A stretch of DNA of 64,000 nt from a virus. Position 1 is the first letter of the stretch. The number at the start of each line of letters is the position of its first letter. Both the position numbers and the translations under genes were made by a program. Shown here piece after piece: positions 27,671-37,698 of this stretch. The stretch covers positions 10,401 through 74,400 of the IMG/VR virus record IMGVR_UViG_3300050343_000281. One strand, written 5' to 3'. The notes under the pieces were generated by a model, which did no database searches, was not told the origin of the DNA, and saw only the letters and a list, made by a program, of their open reading frames with translations.

Positions 27671-29038
27671 ATGAGTAAAGATTTTTTTAAGGTGAAGAAA
27701 GGCTTACACATTAAGCCATCTGATCCCTCAACACTCACTGATCTAGAAGATGGCGACATCATTGTAGACAGTACCGACAACCAACTTAAAAAGTACAGTG
27801 AAGAAGACGGAGAATTTGCAACAATTGCAGGTTCTGGTGGATCTTCTGGTAATATCATGCAAGATATTGAGAAATTAACTCCAACAGTAACTAACGTAGT
27901 TGCTACAACGGATACAGTTACTTTCTTACCAATTGAAGATAACAACAAATCAGTTAAAGCTGTATTTTCTGGATCTGATGGTTCAATAAGATACGATGCT
28001 GCTTGTGATGCAAGTTTAGACGGAGTTGAAGGTTCTGTTAAAGTTTGGATTAAAACTGCTTTAGATAACTTAACAATAGTTGCTACTAAAGATGGTGTAG
28101 CACAAAACGAAGGACTAACAATTAACTCTACTGATAAGTGGAGACAATATGAAATTCCTGTAGTATTAGGCGATGCTGATTATGGATTTGAAGTACAAGC
28201 TTCTGGATCTGTAGCTGGTGATGTTCATATTGACGAGGGGTTTGTTAAAGTTGAAAAACAAATACAGATTGAAGAAGTAACAGCTGACTTAACTGCTGCA
28301 ACTGCTAATGAATTAAGTGCAAGTGTTACTTCTGCTGCATCAATAACAAGTCAAAATTATAATTATTTAAGTAATTGTGTAAATAATTTTGCAGGTTCTT
28401 ATACTTGTAATTTTGAAGCAGCATTGTTTAGTGAATCACCTAGCTGTGTTGTAACTACAGAAAGTGATGGTATATTAGCGGCTATTTCAGCCACAAGTAC
28501 TTCAAGCCTTACTGTAAGAACTAGAAGACATGACAATTCACCTTTAAATGCAGCTTTCAAATTACACTGTTCAAAGCAAGGTGCAGATGTTAACAAATCT
28601 TTTGTAGGTGCTGTTATTAAAGAATCTAGCATTAGTCAGACTAAGTGTCAGACTAAGTTTTTAAGTCTTAATAGAACTTCAGATGTAACAAATGAACCTG
28701 ACTTGCGATTTAATAACTTAACAATTGGTAAAAAATACGAGTTAAATTTAAGCTTTAGATCACAAAGGTCTTCTACAGGTACTGACAACATTGGTTTGGT
28801 TATAAATCATAACAGTTCTATTGTTTTAGATACAAATCACTCTCATGCTAATGCTGGAGGTACTTCAGTTTATCAAACAGGTGCTTCTTCAAAATTTACA
28901 GCATCTACAACTGAGATAACTACAAATCTAACCAGTATATCAACAAACTCGTTAGTTAAAGGTGGTGACAACAGAAGTTCAACTTGGATTGAATTATGCC
29001 AGCTTCCAGACACAGTTATAGATACTGACGAATGGTAA
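27671..29038 (+). CDS. Tail fibre/receptor-binding-type protein
   Basis: Ser/Thr-rich beta-sandwich-like segments; GSYTCNF...F...PSC motif. Confidence 0.65.
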   Translation: MSKDFFKVKKGLHIKPSDPSTLTDLEDGDIIVDSTDNQLKKYSEEDGEFATIAGSGGSSGNIMQDIEKLTPTVTNVVATTDTVTFLPIEDNNKSVKAVFSGSDGSIRYDAACDASLDGVEGSVKVWIKTALDNLTIVATKDGVAQNEGLTINSTDKWRQYEIPVVLGDADYGFEVQASGSVAGDVHIDEGFVKVEKQIQIEEVTADLTAATANELSASVTSAASITSQNYNYLSNCVNNFAGSYTCNFEAALFSESPSCVVTTESDGILAAISATSTSSLTVRTRRHDNSPLNAAFKLHCSKQGADVNKSFVGAVIKESSISQTKCQTKFLSLNRTSDVTNEPDLRFNNLTIGKKYELNLSFRSQRSSTGTDNIGLVINHNSSIVLDTNHSHANAGGTSVYQTGASSKFTASTTEITTNLTSISTNSLVKGGDNRSSTWIELCQLPDTVIDTDEW

Positions 29039-29045
29039 AACAAAT

Positions 29046-29065
29046 GGCAGGGATAATTCCCTGCC
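29046..29065 (+). terminator. GC-rich hairpin, possible terminator
   Basis: GGCAGGGA-TAAT-TCCCTGCC with no clear U-tract. Confidence 0.5.
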
Positions 29066-29073
29066 CTAAATGC

Positions 29074-29103
29074 TTGACAATATGTTAGATTACATGGTAT
29101 GAT
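29074..29103 (+). promoter_or_regulatory. Sigma70-type promoter inside the late region
   Basis: TTGACA-18-TATGAT with extended TG. Confidence 0.6.
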
Positions 29104-29129
29104 TTAACTATTTATCAAGGAGATTTTGT

Positions 29130-29612
29130 ATGATTAATATCGACAATGTAGAACAAGCTAATAAATTCAAGGAAGAAGAATTTTCAGTACTTTTAATATG
29201 GGCAGAAGGATGTGAGTTTTGTGAAGAAGCGAAACCCATGTTCCAAGTCCTAGAAGATAAGTTCACTGACTTTAATTTTTATCAGTGGAAACTCGACAAG
29301 GATAGTTTCGAGTTTTATTCTCAGTATGAGGAAAAAGAACCTATTAGAATACCTTCTGTGGACGAAGATGGCGACCCCATTCTAGATGCTAAAGGTAATC
29401 AGATTTCACAACTGGCTACTGACGAAAATGGGGAAGTTGTAAAACGTGCTCCAATAGCAGTCCCTAAGCTTTACGTATTCCACGGAGAAGAGTCTACAGA
29501 GGAGAACCCTTATGGACTATTAGGTAAAGTAGACGGCTTCAATATGGAGCAATTAGAGGCTATTTTAGGGCAGATTAAGGGTATGCAGGAGGAAGAAGAT
29601 GGGGAAGCTTAA
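29130..29612 (+). CDS. Thioredoxin-like protein with internal insertion
   Basis: WAEGCEFC CxxC, later IAVPKL cis-Pro motif. Confidence 0.75.
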   Translation: MINIDNVEQANKFKEEEFSVLLIWAEGCEFCEEAKPMFQVLEDKFTDFNFYQWKLDKDSFEFYSQYEEKEPIRIPSVDEDGDPILDAKGNQISQLATDENGEVVKRAPIAVPKLYVFHGEESTEENPYGLLGKVDGFNMEQLEAILGQIKGMQEEEDGEA

Positions 29613-29838
29613 AAGCGGAGCTAAAAGTCTATTTACAATTGCTAAAAACGCTGCTAAAGGAGTGGACCAATCTGTTCCAGAAGAAGTGGCTAAAGAGAGA
29701 TTAGAAATCTGCAATAATTGTCCAAAAATGATAAAATTGACTGGTAATTGTGCGGAATGTGGTTGCTTTCTTTCAGCCAAGAGTAAATTTAGACAAGAAA
29801 AGTGTCCTTTAGGTAAATGGGACGAATGGAAGCCTTAA
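29599..29838 (+). CDS. Cys-rich conserved phage protein
   Basis: RLEICNNCP...CAECGCFL..K...EKCPLGKW. Confidence 0.75.
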   Translation: MGKLKSGAKSLFTIAKNAAKGVDQSVPEEVAKERLEICNNCPKMIKLTGNCAECGCFLSAKSKFRQEKCPLGKWDEWKP

Positions 29839-29879
29839 TTTAACAACTATAACTATAAGATATTGAAATAGGTATAGTT

Positions 29880-30617
29880 ATGGGTTTTGTTAAGAAAAAA
29901 GGCATTAAAGAAGAGCTTGTTACAAAAAACGACTCTCAACATGTAAAAAATAAAAATATAACAAATTCAATAATATCTAATAGTAAATTACAGAACGTAG
30001 AATTAGAAAATTGTACTATTACAAATACAAAAAACAACTTAATACGATGTTTCAATAACTTAGAAGATGCAGAAAAAGAAACTGATATTGTAAAAGTTGG
30101 AGAAATAATTTACGTAAACGATTTACAAAAATTATTCCAAACAGATTTAGTTAAAGGTGAAAAAGCTTTTATAGAGCTTTTGAAAAAAATACCGCCAGTT
30201 ACTCTGAAAGCTTCAGATACTAGTGGTCAATATATAACTGCTAATTCAGAAAACGTGTTGTTGTTCAGTAATATTGATTATAAAACAGATGACATAGAAT
30301 TACAAGGTAATAATGTAGTTAGTATTGAAAAAACAGGAGTATATCTATTAACTGCTAATTTTACTGTAAATAACGTAGTTAAAGAAGATACTTTAAATAA
30401 ATTTGCAATTAAAAAAAGCAATAAAGAAATAATTAATATAACTAACTTTTTTATAAAACAAGATAGTATAGGATATTTATCTGGAAGATTTGAAGGAATA
30501 TTTGAAAAAGGTACTAGCTTTAGCTTAGTTTTGAATATAAATGGAAACCAAGATAAATACCTTGATTTAAAAAAAGGTACTAATTATCTAAATATAAAAC
30601 TTTTAGAAGAATTATAA
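29880..30617 (+). CDS. Fibre-type protein with C1q/TNF-like C-terminal domain
   Basis: LLFSNI...IEKTGVYLLTANF motif. Confidence 0.55.
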   Translation: MGFVKKKGIKEELVTKNDSQHVKNKNITNSIISNSKLQNVELENCTITNTKNNLIRCFNNLEDAEKETDIVKVGEIIYVNDLQKLFQTDLVKGEKAFIELLKKIPPVTLKASDTSGQYITANSENVLLFSNIDYKTDDIELQGNNVVSIEKTGVYLLTANFTVNNVVKEDTLNKFAIKKSNKEIINITNFFIKQDSIGYLSGRFEGIFEKGTSFSLVLNINGNQDKYLDLKKGTNYLNIKLLEEL

Positions 30618-30629
30618 AGAAGAAATAAT

Positions 30630-30914
30630 ATGGCAAAGTTTAGTAAAATAAAAGAAAAAATGCGTTGCGGAGAAGTTAAGACATCTAGCAGACCTGGAAA
30701 AAAGGTTATGAAGAAAGTATGTAAAGACGGTAAAGAAAAAATCGTACATGCTGGTGCAAAAGGATACAAGCATAACTATTCTAAGGACGCTAAGAAATCT
30801 TTTAGAGCTAGACATAAGTGCGATGAGCCTAAAGCATGGGACTCTGCTCAAAAAGTAGCTTGTGAAGAGCTGTGGAGTAGGAGTATGAAGATTGGTAAGA
30901 AGAGAAAGAAGTAA
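30630..30914 (+). CDS. Small basic conserved viral protein
   Basis: KIVHAGAKGY...KKSFRARHKCD...C..LW. Confidence 0.7.
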   Translation: MAKFSKIKEKMRCGEVKTSSRPGKKVMKKVCKDGKEKIVHAGAKGYKHNYSKDAKKSFRARHKCDEPKAWDSAQKVACEELWSRSMKIGKKRKK

Positions 30915-31393
30915 TGCACTTTGTTATCATTACCAACTTAGTATTAAACAAAAAGTATATTGGTAAGTTTGATACTAAAAAAGAATGTGATGAGTGGGTA
31001 AAAAACCACAAATTAAAAGGCAAAGATAGAGTAATAAAAAGATCTGATAAAAAGTTAAAAGGATTTGAAGTTTTATTAGAAGATAAAGACTCTGATGGAA
31101 ATATAGAATACGTTTTAGAAGGAGCTAGTGAGTATAAAGTTGAGTATTTATCTCATGATCCATTTGAAGCAGTAAATCATTGGAATGACTTTAGTAGTAG
31201 AAGGCTATGGTTATTAAAAGAAACTGATTGGAGTCAAATATCTGATGCTGAGATTTCTACTGAAGAAAGAAGATTATATAAAGAATATAGAAAGTATATA
31301 AGAAGAAAAAATAAAGAATATAATGACGAAACTATAAAAAATTGGAAGATACTTAGTTACAGAGAATATGTAAGAATGAAGTATCCAAAATAA
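30914..31393 (+). CDS. Tail fibre assembly chaperone domain protein
   Basis: R..LLKETDWSQISDA.......Y..YR..IR motif. Confidence 0.7.
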   Translation: MHFVIITNLVLNKKYIGKFDTKKECDEWVKNHKLKGKDRVIKRSDKKLKGFEVLLEDKDSDGNIEYVLEGASEYKVEYLSHDPFEAVNHWNDFSSRRLWLLKETDWSQISDAEISTEERRLYKEYRKYIRRKNKEYNDETIKNWKILSYREYVRMKYPK

Positions 31394-31402
31394 GGAGAAT
31401 AT

Positions 31403-31642
31403 ATGGATCAGTTTATTTTTTTAATGGAGCAGTATCCAGTAATAAAAGATATAGTAGCTGCTATGGTATTATGTAGAATAGTGTTTAAAACAGTATTTAC
31501 AGTAGCTCAAAAATATGTAGATTTTACTGTAACTAAAGAAGATGATAAAAAACTACATAAAATAATGGATAGTAAGTATTACAAAATAGCTGCTTTTTTG
31601 GTTGATTTACTAGCTAGTGTTAAGTTACCAAAATTAAAATAA
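31403..31642 (+). CDS. Small membrane protein, holin-like
   Basis: Hydrophobic helices, T.TKEDD motif, basic end. Confidence 0.45.
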   Translation: MDQFIFLMEQYPVIKDIVAAMVLCRIVFKTVFTVAQKYVDFTVTKEDDKKLHKIMDSKYYKIAAFLVDLLASVKLPKLK

Positions 31643-31651
31643 GGAATAATC

Positions 31652-32005
31652 ATGGGTTTTGTATTAGACGCAATTCTTAAAAAAATAATAGATTCTGACT
31701 TTACTGTAAATACAGAGTATGTTTCTCCTGCTATAGACATTGATAATAGAGAAGATGACTTTTCAGTACAGTTAGTTTACGATAACGGAACTAATGTAGA
31801 TATGCTACTCCAACTAGAGGTTTCTACTAATGGAGTAGATTTTTCTACTATTAATGAAGCTAATCAAAATATTACTGATAGTAGTGGATCTCATATTTGG
31901 GACATTTCTGGTTCTGGAGTTAGTTATTTAAGAGTTAAAGTTGTAGTTACAACAGGATCTATTGATGTTAGTAATGTTATATATTCAGCTAAAAGAAGAC
32001 ACTAA
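31652..32005 (+). CDS. Virion beta-sandwich protein
   Basis: LEVSTNGVDF...YLRVKV. Confidence 0.6.
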   Translation: MGFVLDAILKKIIDSDFTVNTEYVSPAIDIDNREDDFSVQLVYDNGTNVDMLLQLEVSTNGVDFSTINEANQNITDSSGSHIWDISGSGVSYLRVKVVVTTGSIDVSNVIYSAKRRH

Positions 32006-32015
32006 GGAGTAAGTA

Positions 32016-34130
32016 GTGGCTAATACTTATATAAGAATAGGAATAGGACTTACTGGATCAGGATCAGGAGGAGATACATTTAGAGTAAAAATATCTTCAG
32101 ATGATAATACTCCAGCTTTTTTAGAAGATAAAATTAAAGTAGGATCTAATAAACTTACTAAAGTAATAGAAAATCCTGGTGCAGATGAAAGAGTTGTATT
32201 AGATATTAGTCAAGAATTTATAGACACAGAAATAGAATTAAAATTAGAGGAGTTAGAAAGTTCATTAAATTCTTTAATACTTAATATAACTGAAGGAATA
32301 GACGAAAATATAGATTCTATTAATTCAAACATTAATAACATAAACCAACTAATACAAGAATTAAATTTAGAAATAACAGAAGTAGAAGAGTCCACTTTAA
32401 TTATAATAATAGCCTTAAAAGAAGAACTAGAACTAAATTTGCAAAATCTCAAATCTCAAATTGATGAAATAGAAGATATGGATGATAATCTTGCTCAAGG
32501 GTTATCAGAATTAGAAGATTCTTTATTGAATATAATAATTTCTAATAAATTAGATACTGATGCTGATTTATTAGAAGTAAAGGAAAGTTTAGAAAGTCAA
32601 GTAAGTGAAATTAAGGATAATGTAGATTTAATAGAATCTAATTTAGAAGACATAATAATTTCTAATAAATTAGATACTGATGCTGATATAGTAAATTTGG
32701 AAAATTCTATATCTACTAGTATAGAAAGTTCTATCTCAGAAATAACAGAAGCAACTAATGAACCAACTGGTTTTGTAAATAGAACTGACAGTGTAGTTAC
32801 ATTTGACGATGTTACTTTTACATTAAGTATTCAGCCTACAGTAGACTCTTTTGATATTTTTATAAAAGGAAATAAATGTACAAAAACTTCTGAAGAAAGT
32901 GTGTCTTTAGATAACAACTTATCTGGTAATCATTATTTTTTCTATAACGAAGACGGAGTTTTAATTGTATCTAATATATTTACTCCTAATATTTTTATAG
33001 AAAATGCAATTGTAGCTGTAGTATATTGGAATACAGATTTACAAGAACATGTTTATTTTGCAGAAGAGAGACATGGACTTCAAATGGACGGAGCTACTCA
33101 TGGATATTTACACACTACTTTCGGTGCTAGGTATATATCAGGGTTAGCTTTAGAAAATTTTTCTAATGTAGGAGGTCCGAGTTTAGATGTATCTTCTGGT
33201 AGTATTAGGGACGAAGATTTACTGCTCCAAATAAATCCTTCTACAACTTCACAACTTGGTATTATGTATAGAATTGGGAATCAATGGAGAAAAGATGGCG
33301 GACTTTCTTATCCTTTATTATACGGAGGATCTGTTTCTTCTTATCAAGGACTTGATTTAAGAGTTCCTTATAATGAATTTGATGAAATGTCCCAAGCTTG
33401 GGCTTTAGTGGAGGCTGATAATAATAACTTTGTATTAGTACATTACTTTGCTACGAACGACGTAGAGACTCCTATAGTAGCTATTCAAGGCACACAGCAA
33501 TATAATAATATACCTGATGCTAAAAATGGCGCAGCTAGTGAGATTAACTTACTTTCTGGATTACCGTTTTTAGAATTTGTTTCTATTGGTACAGTTGTAT
33601 ATGAAACTTCAAATGGTTTTACTAGACCTTCTTTAGCTGAATATGTAGAAATACAACCTGGAGTTGATTACGTAGACTTTAGAGGAACACAACCATATAC
33701 TCCTGCAGGTACTGCTACTTCTCATAGTATATTATCAGGACTAGCTAACGATGATCACTTTCAATATCTTACAGAAGAAAGGGCAGATATTTGGTATCAA
33801 AATAAATTCCCTTTAGAGATACTAGAACAAGATGTTACTTTTTTAGATGCTCAAACAGATGTAAATTCTGGTATAGTTTTAACAAATGATATGCAGGCTG
33901 TAAACATAGAAGTTGCTATAGAAAGAGGAACTAATATAGAATATTTACAGGTAGAAGCTGTAAGAACTCCTGCCAGCTTAGATTGGGCTGTTTCTACTAC
34001 ATCTCTGGGAAATAATAGCGGAGTTTCTATAGATGTAATAGGAAATAATATAAAATATACGTGTACTAGTACAGGAATAAATGCCCTAGCTAGAATAAAA
34101 GTAAACGGAATAGGATACAACATACCATAG
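32016..34130 (+). CDS. Tail fibre protein with coiled-coil stalk
   Basis: VKISSDDNTPAFLEDKI, acidic coiled coil with duplicated IIISNKLDTDAD, HSILSGLANDDHFQYL motif. Confidence 0.75.
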   Translation: MANTYIRIGIGLTGSGSGGDTFRVKISSDDNTPAFLEDKIKVGSNKLTKVIENPGADERVVLDISQEFIDTEIELKLEELESSLNSLILNITEGIDENIDSINSNINNINQLIQELNLEITEVEESTLIIIIALKEELELNLQNLKSQIDEIEDMDDNLAQGLSELEDSLLNIIISNKLDTDADLLEVKESLESQVSEIKDNVDLIESNLEDIIISNKLDTDADIVNLENSISTSIESSISEITEATNEPTGFVNRTDSVVTFDDVTFTLSIQPTVDSFDIFIKGNKCTKTSEESVSLDNNLSGNHYFFYNEDGVLIVSNIFTPNIFIENAIVAVVYWNTDLQEHVYFAEERHGLQMDGATHGYLHTTFGARYISGLALENFSNVGGPSLDVSSGSIRDEDLLLQINPSTTSQLGIMYRIGNQWRKDGGLSYPLLYGGSVSSYQGLDLRVPYNEFDEMSQAWALVEADNNNFVLVHYFATNDVETPIVAIQGTQQYNNIPDAKNGAASEINLLSGLPFLEFVSIGTVVYETSNGFTRPSLAEYVEIQPGVDYVDFRGTQPYTPAGTATSHSILSGLANDDHFQYLTEERADIWYQNKFPLEILEQDVTFLDAQTDVNSGIVLTNDMQAVNIEVAIERGTNIEYLQVEAVRTPASLDWAVSTTSLGNNSGVSIDVIGNNIKYTCTSTGINALARIKVNGIGYNIP

Positions 34131-34148
34131 ACATAATAGGATTTTACA

Positions 34149-34457
34149 ATGGACAATTACAAAAGACAAGAAGAAGAGGAAGCAAAAGAAGCTATTAGAA
34201 AGATAGCATCTGCTAGAATACAACCTTATTTAGAAAAAGCTGCTAAAAAAGCAGAAAGAAAATTATCTGACCTTGCATATGACGGTGGATTAGATGATGA
34301 GACTCTGAAAAAAATTGCAGGTACAGTAGGCGCTTTAGGTGCTATTGGCAAGGGAGAATTAGAAGGTGGTTTTGATATTGACGAAAATACTAGAGTAGAA
34401 GGTAGAGTTTCTCCTAGAGAACAAGCCATTAGGTTATTGTATAATCAGAGATTTTAA
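34149..34457 (+). CDS. Hypothetical protein
   Basis: 102-aa ORF. Confidence 0.65.
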   Translation: MDNYKRQEEEEAKEAIRKIASARIQPYLEKAAKKAERKLSDLAYDGGLDDETLKKIAGTVGALGAIGKGELEGGFDIDENTRVEGRVSPREQAIRLLYNQRF

Positions 34458-34618
34458 ATTTTTTATTAAAAAAAGGGTTGACTTACTTTAAATTAAGCTT
34501 ATAATATATACTATAGAACGCTCTAAAAATCCCCAATATATAGTATTTGTTATCAAGCTACGTATTAAAAATACATGATACGTAAATTAACGCTCGGTAT
34601 AGAACTATAGGGAATTAT

Positions 34619-35521
34619 ATGAAACTTGTAAATAATAAAAAAGTTTTAGTAGAAGATGTAGAAGGTACATCTCAATACGATGGACAACAAGTATTAAAAG
34701 ATGTCCACTCCCTTCCAGGGCATTATTTACGAACTAAAGACGCATTTTCTCTAGTTACAGCTCATTTTGACAGCTTTCAAGTTACTTACGATTCTAACAA
34801 TAATCCTACATTTATATCATATCTAGTTGGAATTACTCCACATTTAACAACTATAGGACTATCTGGAGATGTTAATGGATCTTTACAAGATACTGGATTT
34901 ATTATAAGTTCTTCTAAGAAGGAAAAAAGATTTGCTATTTACTATACAGTATCTGGACAAGGTAGTGCTCCTAGTATGGATGGAGTTACTAACATAGAAG
35001 TGCCTCTTGAATTAGATGATAGTGGGCAAATAGTAGCTCTTGCTACTAAATTAGCACTAGAAAAAACTTGTGAATTTGATATTAAAACTTTTAACTCTGT
35101 TTTAGAAATAAAAACTAAAGAGTTAGGAATTACAAATAATACAATACTTCTACCAAATTCTTCATTTTTGATACAAAATACAAGTGGAGAAGTAGAAAAA
35201 GTAGAAGAAGTTAATATAAGTTACTCAGACTCTGGATACCCTATTTGGCAGGGACAAGAGTTAAAAGAACATAAGTATAATATATATACTGCGAAATTTG
35301 AAACATTAGTTGCAGATTATACAGATGTTTATGGAAAGAAGTCTTTAAATGTAGTAAATTCTGATGAAGTAGTATGGGACGAAATAGTAACTTCTTTTCC
35401 AGATACGACATCTGAACTATACACGTATAGATTTGAACAAAATACTGTTCAAACTGTTTTAGTAACTTATGCTAACGGAAGTAGAAGTTCTATTTTGAGT
35501 GTAGTAAAAACAAGGGTATAA
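34619..35521 (+). CDS. Virion structural protein
   Basis: Contains module similar to repeats in 42308..48403. Confidence 0.6.
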   Translation: MKLVNNKKVLVEDVEGTSQYDGQQVLKDVHSLPGHYLRTKDAFSLVTAHFDSFQVTYDSNNNPTFISYLVGITPHLTTIGLSGDVNGSLQDTGFIISSSKKEKRFAIYYTVSGQGSAPSMDGVTNIEVPLELDDSGQIVALATKLALEKTCEFDIKTFNSVLEIKTKELGITNNTILLPNSSFLIQNTSGEVEKVEEVNISYSDSGYPIWQGQELKEHKYNIYTAKFETLVADYTDVYGKKSLNVVNSDEVVWDEIVTSFPDTTSELYTYRFEQNTVQTVLVTYANGSRSSILSVVKTRV

Positions 35522-35522
35522 A

Positions 35523-35711
35523 ATGGCTTGGAGATTTGATCCACAAATTATAGATATAGTATTTGTTCAAAATCCAGATCAAATTCAGGCTAGCGGTTCT
35601 ATTGATTTTGGAGAAGACATTACTTCAGATATATCAATTGATACTGGAGATAGAACTAATGATACCTCCATACTAGATCAAGGCGAGAGAGTAATAGATG
35701 GCAATATTTAA
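35523..35711 (+). CDS. Small virion protein
   Basis: MAWRFDP start, acidic. Confidence 0.55.
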   Translation: MAWRFDPQIIDIVFVQNPDQIQASGSIDFGEDITSDISIDTGDRTNDTSILDQGERVIDGNI

Positions 35712-36075
35712 AGTACCTAGAATAACAACATCTCAAAGGCAGAATCTAATTCTTCAAATTGGAGAAATAGTTTATGATACTGACCAAGATATTTTTTATG
35801 GAGGAGATGATGAAACTTTAGGTGGATTTACTATAGGTAAAGGTGCTGGAGATGTCGTAGAACGTATAGAATTAGAAGAAGAAAATATATTTAACAAATT
35901 TGTAACACTAGGAGATACTCCTGTAATATCTCAAAACGTAACTGTTACTCCAGAAGGCGGAATAACTCAAGTTAACGGCATAGACTTTAGAGTAGTAGGA
36001 AATACTATTAGATGGGATGGCATGGGACTTGATGGAGTTTTAGATAAAGACGATTCTTTAATAGTACAATATTAA
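35698..36075 (+). CDS. Tail-associated protein
   Basis: PRITTSQR...GEIVYDTD...YGGD motif; C-terminal domain related to that of 37699..39942. Confidence 0.65.
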   Translation: MAIFKVPRITTSQRQNLILQIGEIVYDTDQDIFYGGDDETLGGFTIGKGAGDVVERIELEEENIFNKFVTLGDTPVISQNVTVTPEGGITQVNGIDFRVVGNTIRWDGMGLDGVLDKDDSLIVQY

Positions 36076-36118
36076 GTTTTACAGCTAAACTGCTGTAATT
36101 AAACCAAAAGGAGTGTGT

Positions 36119-37645
36119 ATGAAAAAAAACACAAAAGACATCAAAGATTCTGTATTAAAAACCAGAATTAAACAGGCTAATAAAAGAGCCAAAGAAGTAG
36201 AAGCTTCTCAAGGGAAAAGTGATGATATAGTTAATGATAACTATGCAGCACTTTATTCTAAAGGACTAGCTCACGATTCTACTACTATGTTAGCAAGTGA
36301 AGCTGATATTAAAGAGATCCAAATTGCATTAGAAACTGGAGAACAATCTGATTTTGACGACATTAAACTTGTAGGAGCTAGAAAACAAGCTTCTCCTCAA
36401 GGTTCTTTATCTTCAGAAATTTCTGGTGGAGATCCAGAAGGATTTTCTATGAAAAAAGCTCCAGCTCTTGATTCAAGAGAAGCTGCTGCTGAAATGGCTG
36501 AAGTTTATCTTAAAAACATAATGAGAGACAAGCCATTTAAAGATTACGAAGATGGTTCTCAAGAAATTCAAGATGCTTTAGATATTCTTAATGCATTTGG
36601 AAGTGATTTTTTAGGACTAAAAGAAAACGGATCAGTAACTCCTAAAACTCTTTTTAGAGGAACATCCCCAGGATGCTCTGTTGGCGGATACGTATCTCAA
36701 CTGTTTCTTAATGAAATTGGAGTAGGTAATTTTTCTTATGAGCCAAAAGGACCAACTAAAACTGGAATCTATGGAAATACTAAAGCTAATTATTTACAAA
36801 TCCAAAACGGTAATGTACCAGTATCTCAAACTGTTGATTCAGTTAAAAAATGCATGTTTAACGGTAGACAACTTGGTTCTACAGTTCACATTGACCTAGT
36901 TTTTCAACATTTCTATGAAGCTGCTGCTATTCTTTTAAATGCAGGTGTAGGAGCTGGTGCTCAAGTTAAGGTTGGAGCTAAAGAAGGTAACTTTTTAGGC
37001 GGACCAGTATTACTTACTACTGCAATTGCTGAAGTATCTAGACACGCTCTAAGAGCAGCTTGGGTACAAAAGTGGAGAAAAAACCAAAGATTAAGACCAG
37101 AAGCTATGGCTGCAAGAGTTGTTGCTGAAAAAGCTGGAGATATTCCTTCTGGAACAGTACATGCTGATTTAATGTCAAGTGCTATTGTAGGAGCGGTTGA
37201 AGCTTTTAACGTAGCTAACAGTGGAGATAATGCAGCATTTTTACCTCTTCAGTATGCTGAAGGTAGTCCGACGCATCCTGCATATCCTGCTGGACACGCT
37301 ACAATTTCAGGAGCTTGTGCTACTATTCTTAAGATAATGTTTGCTGATGCAAATTGGTCGACTACTGGTCTTTCTGAAGTTCAAGGTAATAGTGATGGGT
37401 CTGTTGTAGAAGCTTATTCTGGCGCAGATGCTGGACAAATTACTATCCATGGAGAAATTGACAAATTAGCACATAACGTAGCTTTAGGAAGAGACTATGC
37501 TGGAGTGCATTACAGAAGTGACTCTGAATTAGCTCTTGGAGAAAAAGTAGCTATTCAATTTTACAAGGATCAAAAAGCACTTTTCAACGAAGAAGTTGAG
37601 GAAGTTACTTTTATTGGATTTGATGGTAATCCAATTACTGTATAA
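36119..37645 (+). CDS. Vanadium-dependent haloperoxidase family protein (bromoperoxidase-like)
   Basis: QKW...RLRPEA, EGSPTHPAYPAGHAT.SGAC.TILK, GEIDKLA.N...GRDYAGVHYRSD, plus N-terminal YSKGL.HD and AP...S...AAEM.E.Y blocks. Confidence 0.9.
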   Translation: MKKNTKDIKDSVLKTRIKQANKRAKEVEASQGKSDDIVNDNYAALYSKGLAHDSTTMLASEADIKEIQIALETGEQSDFDDIKLVGARKQASPQGSLSSEISGGDPEGFSMKKAPALDSREAAAEMAEVYLKNIMRDKPFKDYEDGSQEIQDALDILNAFGSDFLGLKENGSVTPKTLFRGTSPGCSVGGYVSQLFLNEIGVGNFSYEPKGPTKTGIYGNTKANYLQIQNGNVPVSQTVDSVKKCMFNGRQLGSTVHIDLVFQHFYEAAAILLNAGVGAGAQVKVGAKEGNFLGGPVLLTTAIAEVSRHALRAAWVQKWRKNQRLRPEAMAARVVAEKAGDIPSGTVHADLMSSAIVGAVEAFNVANSGDNAAFLPLQYAEGSPTHPAYPAGHATISGACATILKIMFADANWSTTGLSEVQGNSDGSVVEAYSGADAGQITIHGEIDKLAHNVALGRDYAGVHYRSDSELALGEKVAIQFYKDQKALFNEEVEEVTFIGFDGNPITV

Positions 37646-37698
37646 TTAAAAAATAAAAAAAGCAAAGTTGCTTCCTATTTTAACAAAAGGAGAGCCAC

